A stretch of 64,000 nt of DNA from NCBI RefSeq assembly GCF_009914755.1, contig NC_060931.1; one strand, 5' to 3'. The position numbers and the translations under genes are program-made. The stretch's first letter is position 1; every line of letters begins with the position of its first letter. Under the pieces are notes generated by a model. It worked only from the letters and a program-made list of their open reading frames with translations. It was not told the origin of the DNA and searched no databases. Below are positions 54,440-64,000 of the stretch, piece by piece. This DNA is from the human T2T-CHM13v2.0 reference genome, Homo sapiens.

Positions 54440-56169
54440 TCACAGAAGAATACAGGTTGGTTCCACTTAACAAAATTTCATAAACTTATAAAAAACAAAA
54501 AATATTTTAAGGTTATAAATGTATTTATTAAAGCTAGAAATAAGAACAAAGGGATGAAGATTCTTTTATAATTTTGATTACCTCCGAGAAGAGAGAAAAG
54601 AGCAAAGGATCTGGTGGGAGGGGGGGTGGGGGGCACATAGAGCCTCAGGTAATTGTGTTTGATTTCTTTAAATTGGAAGGTGAGTACTTAAATATTCTTC
54701 ATATTCTTATTCTTTATACTCTACACAAATTTTAAGATATTACTTGTACATATTTACTAATGCTTTAATGAACAAATTAGAACCATAACATGTTGGGTTG
54801 AAGGGGTAGTATTGACAATAATAATCATGTGCTGAACATTTGCTATGTTTTGGGCGCTGTACTGGGAGCTAGGGATTCAAAAGTGAATAATTCTTGACCT
54901 CTTCCCTTAAGCAGCTCAATGCTTATTGTGAAATATAAAAACTGAATAGACTTCAAATATATAGATAATAGTAATATCAATAAGTATGATTATATGACAC
55001 CTTATTTAGGAAATATGTCAGTTTCTTTACTTACACTCCTTTATATTATCTTTACACTTACCTGCACTTTAGGTAATAACTTCCTGCAGAATGAGAACCT
55101 AAATCTAAATTATTTGTCTGCATTGATGCAAAACATGAGCAATCAACTGGGGATCTGAGCCAACATGTTTCTGAGATTGAGGCCTAACCCACCTCCACAA
55201 ATCCATCCCTCACAGGGAGAAATGGAGACAGGTGAGCTCATAAGTTGGCAACTCAGTTTACTTTGCTTTTTTCTATCCCATTGTCTTGATTCTGTTCTCC
55301 TTTTACAGGAGATGGCAAAAAAGTTCTATTGAATGAGTGAACAGTGAAATAGGGAACTGGTGATACTTTTGATTTGCCTTATTTACTCATAAAGATAGGC
55401 TCCAAAATGAGACCCCCTTTCAGGAAAGAGATAAGGAAGTTTGAAATATCTCTCACTCTCTAACAAAATTAGTCTTTTAAAAAGTTATCTTAAAACTAGA
55501 GACATGTTTGCAATCTTTGAGAGGCTTTTTCCTCCCATTCCTTTTAACATTATATATAGTACAAATTCTGTATATAATTCCTCTTTGAATGTCTAGGATC
55601 CACAAAGAATATCTAATAATTGTCATCATAATATTATGGTCCTGACTAAGGGTATGCAGATGCTTAATTAGTGACTTTTATCCTGTCTTTGCAGTTTGCT
55701 GCTAATGGCCTCAAGTAAATGGGGGAGAAAGTTGCTGAAGTGTCTCAAATGCAAATGAGAAAAGCAGTACGAATCTGTCATTGTCCATATTTATACAGTT
55801 CACATTATAAGTATTTGAATTAAAGAAGCCATTTACATTTAAATTTTCAAAGGCTGTGGAAAGAAAACATTATTTATTCTACTTTTAGAAGACCTTGCCA
55901 CCATATAGTTACCTTCTAATTATCTACTATGAATGTGAACTGTTTCCATAACTGTGGTATGAAACAAAACCAGCACAACTATTTTAGCAAATATCATAGA
56001 GGTAAAATTAACATTTGAAAATATGAGCTTGCATTCAAAATTCAAACTCCCTTAAAAAAGGCAGCACACATTTCCCTCATTTCAGCTATGCTGGAATGAA
56101 GCAAATATTATCAGCCAAACAAATTACCAACTCTACTGTGATTAGGAAAACCCAGTATTAAGGATGTAA

Positions 56170-58770
56170 GAAGATACAGATTGCTTCCAATTCTGGGAAG
56201 ATGTCATAGGCATACTTTTCTCTATTGCTCCCATAAATACCAGCACATAACATAGCAGATATAATACAACCATGAAAGATAAAGAGATGAGGCAGGCTGG
56301 GTAGAGACATCAGGACACAAGGAGTGACATGGTGGTACATTCCTTGGCTTTCCTTATATATCTAAGATTGGAACTCAAGCCAGCAACTCAAACACTAATG
56401 GACACAGTTTTTGTTTTTTTTGTTTGTTTTTTTGTTTTTAAGTCCTAACAAAATCTGCTCTCTCTAGTCAAGGAGAGGAAGAGAGGAAGCCTAGTCATGC
56501 AGTAAATGTTTAGACTGTAAACTGCTCTACTCCAAATACCACTGTAAAAACTGTTGCCATCACCCCCACCCATGCCTGCAAAGATCTAATGGAGGAGGTC
56601 TCAACTTCCAGAGAGTAATGAACTGGCTACTTCTTCCCCTTCCTGTGGATGGTGTCAGAAAAGACTGAGTAGGGAGCTGAGACTTTCATTTTCACTGAGC
56701 AGTAACAAGATCTCCATTACACTCAAGGAATGTCAGCAAAGACCATGGTGGGAGCAGGGACATAGGCTCCAGCCAGCAGTAATAAGACACCCCTTTTTCT
56801 CTCTGCCAGGGGGATACCAGAGGACAACTAGAAGAAAGGCAGAATTCTCATCAATCCCAGGAGTGACAAGACCACCCTCACCACTGTGTCTGTGGAAACC
56901 ACTTGGGCGTAATAATGAAGCCTTTCTGTCCCTCCCAGCCAGGACACTATCAACAGAAGCCTAGAGAGGAGTCAGAATTTCTACCCTCATCTATTACTGG
57001 GATATTTTGGTGGTCCAGGCTGGGTGGATAATGGGCTCAACTGAAACCCAGTGGGGACCTGAATTTTACCTTTTCCTAACAGTAATGAGTTGGTGCCCTA
57101 CCCCTGCCACTATTACAGCAGTGTCAGAGAAAATCAGCTAGAAACATAAGTTTTTACGTAAGATCTAGAATCTTGTAAAATAATAAATAGTATGGGTTTA
57201 AACTGATATCACTCATTATACCAAGAACCAGGAAGACCTCAAACTGAATGAAAAAAAATAATAAATTATATGATCAAGATGACAGAGATATTATAATTAT
57301 CTGAGATTTTAAAGCAGCCATCATAAAAGTGCTTCAATGAGCATTTACAAACATACTTGAATCAAAAGAAAAAATAAAGTTTTAGCAAAGAAATAAAGAC
57401 TTGACAAATAGAGAAGATATAAAGAAGAAAAAAAGGAATTCGAGAATCAAAAAATGTAGCAACCAAAATAAAAATTAAAACCAAAAACCCTCAATTATAG
57501 ATGCCTATGCAAATTGAAAGAGACAGAGGAAAGAATCAGTGAACTGGAAGACAGAAAGAATAAATTACCCAGTCTGAACAATAGAGAAAAAAAGAAAAAA
57601 ATTGAACAGAGCCTTATAGCTCTGTGGGGCTATAATAAAAAATGTAACATTTTGTGTCATAATAATCCTGGGAGGAGAGAAGAATGAGGGAAGACTGAAA
57701 AAAGTACTCAAGGAAACAGTGCCTAATAAGTTATCAAATTTGGCAAAAGGCATAAATTTACAAATTCAGGAACCTAAGTGAACTCCAAATGCAATAGAGC
57801 CAAGAAAATATGCCAAGATACATCATAGTCAAGTATCTGGAAACTAAAGACAAAGAAAATACCATGAAATCACTGAGAGAAATATCATCATACTTATGAA
57901 AGAAAAAAAATACACCTGACAAAGAATTCCTCTTCAGAAACTTGGATGCCAGAAAAAAGTGGGACAGCATTTTCAACTGTTGAAAAGTGAGGAACTGCAA
58001 CCCCAAATCCTATATCCAGTGAAAATGTCCTTCAGAAATTAAAGAGTGATCTGTTTAAGCAGATTTTTAATGTGTTTTAAAATCTTCCTCAGATAATTCT
58101 AACATCTTTTTCATATTGGTGGTGGAATTTTCTTTTCTCATTCAGACATTTTCAGATACAGAAAACCTAAGAAAATCTGTCATCAGTAGAAGACCTACCC
58201 TAAGAGTAGCTAAAAGAATTTATCTGTGTATAAAGAAAACAATAGTAGGAATTTTGTAATAACAAAAAGGAAGAAAGTACCTGGGAAGCAAAAACATGGT
58301 TAAATATAAACTCTTCCTCCTCTTGAATTTTCTAAATTATGTTTGACTGTTGAAGCAAAAATTACAACACTGATGTGGTTCTAAATATATACAAAGGAAA
58401 TATTTAAAGCTATTTTATTATAAATGGCAAAGATAATGGATATATAGGTTTGTTTCTACATTGAACTGGCAAAATAACACTAGGAGACTGTTTTATGCTA
58501 TGAATATGTAATGTAATCAATAGAGCAACTACTAAAAGAAAGCTATAGAAAGAAATACACTCCCAACCACGGTGATAAATTTTAAAAAAATCTTTAAAAT
58601 GTTTAACGCCATAGAAATGTAGAGGAAAAAAAAAAGAAGAAGAAAAAACTAAAAGACCAAGCAGTAAACACAAAATTAGAATGGCTGACTTAAGCCTTAA
58701 TCTAATAATTACTTTAGATCTAAGTGGGCTAATATACAAAAAACTGACGTTAGTATAGTACATTTTAAAT
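56170..58770 (+). mobile_element. Old L1M 5' UTR, ORF1 and start of ORF2
   Basis: agattttaaagcagccatcataaaa; gaaagaatcagtgaactggaagacag; atcctatatccagtgaaaatgtccttcag. Confidence 0.8.
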
Positions 58771-58876
58771 CAGGGGAAACCAAACAACGAAAAATATAGG
58801 ACAATTTGACAATCCTCAATTTTAGTTGTTTTCAAAGATATGTTAATTAAAACAATACTTTAAAATTATATAACTC

Positions 58877-59156
58877 TCAGCAAACTATCGCAAGGACAAA
58901 AAAACACCGCATATTCTCACTCATAGGTGGGAACTGAACAATGAGAACACTTGGACACAGGAAAGGGAACATCACACAATGGGGCCTGTCGTGGGGGTGG
59001 GGGGAGGGGGAAGGGATAGCATTGGGAGATACACCTAATGTAAATGACGAGTTAATGGGTGCAGCACACCAACATGGCACATGTATACATATGTAACAAA
59101 CCTGCACGTTGTGCACATGTACCCTAGAACTTAAAGTATAATAATAAAGGAAAAAA
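58877..59156 (+). mobile_element. 5'-truncated L1PA (PA3-PA5-like) 3' end
   Basis: ttctcactcataggtgggaactgaacaatgagaacac...gtaccctagaacttaaagtataat; perfect 16-bp TSD taaaattatataactc at 58861-58876 and 59157-59172. Confidence 0.95.
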
Positions 59157-59510
59157 TAAAATTATATAACTCAAAATATTTTGGGATGGAAAACATTTTA
59201 AATATAATACCTATATTCAGAGTTAATATAAAATCAACATTTTCACAATGATATTTAAATTACGAATACATTTTTTAAAAGCCAATTAAACATATATAAT
59301 GTTGTTACCATTTGATTGCGATAATTCTACATTAACAATTGACCATAGAAAATTATTAGAGAAATGGATGAAGGATTTGTGTGGGATACAAGAGTGAACA
59401 ATAAATGACCGTGAATTTTTTGTCATCAAATTATAGTACGTTTCTAATCATTATAACAGTGTTACTTATAAAGTTTGAAGAAATGTGTGTAAGAGTAAGA
59501 CACTGATTAA

Positions 59511-59812
59511 GGCTATGCACAGCAGCTTACGCTTGTAACTCCAGCCCTTTGGGAGGCTGAGGTGGGAGGATCACTTGAGGCCAAGAGTTCGAGAGCAGCA
59601 TGGGTAACATAGTGAGACCCTGTTTCTACAAAAATAAAAAATTAATAAAGTGTGGTGGTTCATTCCTGTAGTCTCAATTACTTAGGAAGCTAAGATGGGG
59701 GAGGATCACTTGAGTTAGGGAGATCCAGGCTGCAGTGAGCTGTGATTGCACCACGCACTTTAGTCTTCATTACAGAGTAGACTCTGTCTCAAAAAAAAAA
59801 AAAAAAAAAAAG
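59511..59812 (+). mobile_element. AluJ
   Basis: gggaggatcacttgaggccaagagttcg; A-tail. Confidence 0.92.
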
Positions 59813-60438
59813 GAAAGATGAAAAAGAAAACCTGATCATCAAATAAGTTATACATCTATACTGTAGAGTAATGCTTCTGTTAAACATTGTTTTTAAACAA
59901 CCGTAATTAACATGAAAATAAATCAGAACATAAATTACTACATTTGATATGAAACTATTAGTATTATATATGTAAAAATATACCTTTTTCTCTGTCTTAA
60001 GTAAATGATATAACAGTCAGTAAAAATTAGCATGTATAAGTATTTGTTTTCCTTTTGTGATAATTTGCAATTATACATTTTTGATGTATTGAAGTATTCA
60101 TATTTACATGTTCATATGACACACATAAGTTTTATGTTTAGGAAAAAATTAAAAACATAAAGAGATTGGGTAAATAAACTGATACATTTTACATGATAGA
60201 AAAACTAAAAATTATTAAAGTTTTCTCTAGACAATGTTATAGGTAATTTTTCATTTTTCTTTTTCTCTATGTGTAAACATTTATAAATATTTTATACAAT
60301 CCTATTTAACTTAGAAATACTTGAAAAATTGTTTTGTTTTCATTTTGTGTTGCTAGGTTTTCATTCCTCATTGAAAGTTAGATACAATTTGCAGTAGCCA
60401 TTATGTCCCTTCACAAATATTTATTTTGTCTTACATTT

Positions 60439-60440
<2 letters not shown>

Positions 60441-60487
<47 letters not shown>

Positions 60488-60771
60488 AGTTAAGGTCTCA
60501 CTGTATCACCCAGGCTGGAGTGCAGTGGCATGATCTCAGTGTAGCTAGCCTCAACCTCCCGAGCTCAAATGATCTCCTGCCTTAGCCTCCTAAGTAACTA
60601 GGACAACAGGTGTATGCAACCACACCCAGCTAAATTTTATATTTCTTGTAGAAACAAGATTTCACCATGTTGCCCAGGCTGGTCTCGAACTCCTGGGCTC
60701 ATGATTCATCCACTTCGGCGTCCCAAAGTGCTGGGCTTACAGGCATGAGCCATGAGCCACTGCACCTGGCC
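60441..60771 (-). mobile_element. AluJ with a pure tail of about 46 nt
   Basis: Antisense Alu; degenerate TSD tgtcttacattt / tgtcatatattt. Confidence 0.92.
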
Positions 60772-61692
60772 TGTCATATATTTGCTTCCAGTTATGTTGT
60801 AAGTTTGTTGTTTCCATTTCCACTGAACTCAGATATGGCTGTGTGACTTGTGGTTCATTATATGTAAGTGTAATAGTCATGTGTTATATGACAACAAAGA
60901 ACACCAATTGTTACAAAAGCTGCAATAATAGGTAAATAAAAACAACAAAATCTATGTATTTGTAAAGGTTCCCAATATTTAGAACCATACTGTCTTTAAA
61001 ATATTGATTAAAGTGTTTACATAATAAGTATTCTGGCATTTGCTACATTGAATCATTGATTTTTCCCCACATAATGATTTTATAAATCTCCTCCCTTCAG
61101 GGCTAAAGATTTATAATCTTGTATTACAAGGGTTTTGTGTCTCCAGGAAACTGAATATATGGCACATGCCACTAATTCAGTTTGTCATTTAGCTTCCCAT
61201 CTGCCTTCTGTTTTCATCTCTACAAAGTTCCAGTGTTGATCCGCATGTTTCAGGTGTCAGTCAATATGAACAGCAATCCTTGGAGGATACAGCTTTGAAC
61301 TTACATAAAGGCTCTGTCTCATCAGGCTTAAGTTGTCCCTGCATCGATGACTTTAAGGGCTGTGACTCACTATGTGTTGCAAACGTCTCCTTCTGCCTGT
61401 CATTTTCAGTTAACAGAGGCATCCTGTCAGCTCTATGATAGAGTAATGCCTTCTGTAACTCTCTTAGGAGATCATTTATCTTCTAGGTTCTTGCTAGGCT
61501 TTTATCATTGTTTACTTTAAAAATAAGTGTAGTTCTGAAGATCTAGACATGAAGTCATTGCAGATAAAAAAAAGAAGTCTGTATCATCTCTGCTTTGACT
61601 ACACAAAATATCTGTATAGAGATTTTAACTTTGTGGAGTCATAGGCACCCAAAATATATAGCTACATAAACACAGTTCTTAATTTTAAAAAT

Positions 61693-63977
61693 TGATATAG
61701 TTTGGCTATATCCCCACCAAAATCTCATCTGGAATTCCCACATGTTGTAGGAGGGACCCAGTAATTGAATCACAGGGGCAAGTCTTTTCTGTGCTGTTCT
61801 CCTGATAGTGAATAAGTCTCGAGATCTGATGGTATTTATAAGAGGAGTTCCCCTGCACAAGCTCTCTTCTTACCTGCTGCCATCCCTGTAAGATGTAACT
61901 TGCTCCTCCATGGCCTTCTGCCATGATGTGTGAATCTTCCCCCAGCCATGTGGAACTGTAAGTCCAATTAAACCTTTTTTTTTTTTTTTTTTTTTTTTTT
62001 GTAAATTGCCCAGTCTTGGGTATGTCTTTATCAGCAGCATGGAAACACTAATACAGTAAATTGGTACCAGTAGAGTGGTGTGCTGCTGAAAAGATACCTG
62101 AAAATGTTGAAGTGATTTTGGAACTCGGTAACAGGCAGAGGTTGAAACAGTTCAGAGGGCTCAGAAGAAGACAGGAAAATGTGAGAAAGTTTGGAACTTC
62201 GTAGAGACTTGTTGAATGGCTTTGCTCAAAATGCTGATAGTGACATGGACAATAAACTCCAGGCTGAGGTGGTCTCAGATGGAAATGAGGAACTTGTTGG
62301 GAACTGGAGCAAAGGTGACTCCTGTCACGTATTAGCAAATAGACTGTTGGCATTTTGCCCTCGCCGTAGAAATTTGCAGAACTTTGAACTTGAGAGAGAT
62401 GATTTAGGGTATCTTGCAGAAGAAATTTCTAAGCAGCAAATCATCCAAGAGGTGACTTGGGTGCTGCTAAAGGTGTTCTGTTTTATAAGGGAAGCAGAGC
62501 ATAAAAGTTCAGAAAATTTGCAGCCTGACAATGCAATAGAAAAGAAAATCTCATTTTCTAAGAAATTCAAGCCAGCTACAGAAATTACATAAGTAATGAA
62601 AGCTGGAAGTTAATCCCCAAGACAAAGGGGAAAATGTTTCCAGGGCATGTCAGAGGTCTTCACAGCAGCGCCTCCCATCACAGGCCTGAAGGGCTAGATG
62701 AAAAAGTGGTTTCATGGGCCGGGCCCAGGGTCCCCATGCTGTGTGCAGTCTAGAGACTTGCTGCCCTGTGTCCCAGCAGCTCTGGCTGTGGCTGAAAGGG
62801 TCCAATGTAGAGCTCAGGCCATGACTTCAGAGGGTGCAAGTCCCAAGCCTTGGCAGCTTGCATGTGGTATTGAACCTGCAAGCATACAGAAGTCAAGAAT
62901 GAAGGTTTGGGAACCTCCTCCTAGATTTCAGAGGATGTATGGGAACACCTGGATGCCTAGGCAGAAGTTTGCTGCAGGGGTGGGGCCCTCATGGAGAACC
63001 TCTGCTAGGGCAGTGCAGAAGGAAACTCTGGGGTCAGAGCCCCCACACAGAGTCCTTACTGCAACACTACCTAGTGGGGCTGTGAGAAGAGGGCCACCAT
63101 TCTACAGACACCGTAATGGTAGATCCGCTTGAATTTCTTGCACTGTGCACCTGGAAAAGCCACAGACACTAAACACCAGCTCATGAAAGAAGCCAGGAGG
63201 GAGGCTGTACCCCCTGCAGGGCCAGAGCTGCCCAAGACCATAGGAACCATCTCTTGCATCAGCGTGACCTGGATGTGAGACCTGGAGTCAAAAGAGATCA
63301 TTTTGGAACTTTAAGATTTGACTGTCCTGCTGGATTTCAGAATTGCCTAGGGCCTGTAGCCCCTTTGTTTCAGACCATTTCTCCCATTTGGAATGGCTGT
63401 GTTTACCCAATGCCTGTACTTTCACTGTATCTAGAAAGTAACCTGCTTTTGATTATACAGTCTCATAGGTGAAAAGGACTTGTCTTGTCTCAGATGAGAG
63501 TTTTGACTGTGGACTTTTGAGTTAATGCTAAAATGAATTAAGACTTTGGGGGACTGTTGGGAAGGTATGATTGGTTTTGAAATGTGAGGACAAGAATGTG
63601 AGATTTGGGAGAGGCCAGGTGTGGAATGATATGGTTTGGCTGTGTCCCCATCCAAATCTCATCTTGAATTTCCATTTGTTGTGGGAGGGGCGCAGTGGGG
63701 GTTAATTGAATCATTGGGGCAAGTCTTTCCCATGCTGTTCTCATGATAGTGAATAAGTCTCATGAGATTTGTTTGTTTTAAAAAGAGGAGTCCCCCTGCA
63801 CAAGCTATCTCTCTGCTTGCTGCCGTCCATGTATGACATGACTTGCTCCTTGCTTTCTGCCATAATTGTGAGGCTTCCCCAGCCACATGGAACTGTAAGT
63901 CCAATTAAACTTCCTTCTTTTGTAAACTGCCCATTCCTGGATATGTCTTTATCAGCAGTGTAAAATGGACTAACACA
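61693..63977 (+). mobile_element. Full-length THE1 MaLR: LTR 61693-62055, internal 62056-63626, LTR 63627-63977
   Basis: Both LTRs run tgatat.gtttggct...taa.aca; TSD aaaat on both sides; internal ORF remnant (LAEEISKQQIIQEVTWVLL). Confidence 0.95.
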
Positions 63978-64000
63978 AAAATATAACAACGAAAGCTCCT

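Noticed and set aside
61639-63989. Dense cluster of overlapping ORFs
   Set aside because: All lie within THE1 LTR or internal sequence and are typical MaLR translations.

Overview
This is AT-rich, CpG-depleted primate genomic DNA, judged from its Alu, L1PA, THE1 and HERV content. It looks intergenic or deep intronic. I found no supportable cellular coding exon or RNA gene, and the ORF track is mostly noise or repeat-derived. Much of the window is interspersed repeats: 8 Alus, several nested old L1s, a young L1PA 3' end with a 16-bp TSD, a full-length THE1, MaLR LTRs, a MADE1, hAT MITEs, L2 and MIR. Two features stand out. (1) A 4.4-kb two-LTR chimeric provirus (23579-28017) has HERV-K14/HML-1-type LTRs, a Lys-type PBS and a betaretroviral MA fragment. 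These enclose gammaretroviral HERV-W-like pre-gag, gag, pro and RNase H pieces, two different integrase C-termini and a second internal PPT with an LTR start; only the 3' LTR carries a 17-bp minisatellite. (2) A complex repair scar at about 22.2-22.9 kb has an A / inverted(ABC) / C rearrangement plus two short inverted insertions copied from 21129-21160 and 28208-28233, joined by TA-rich filler. Family names come from my recall of consensus sequences, not a database search, and boundaries of old repeats are approximate.
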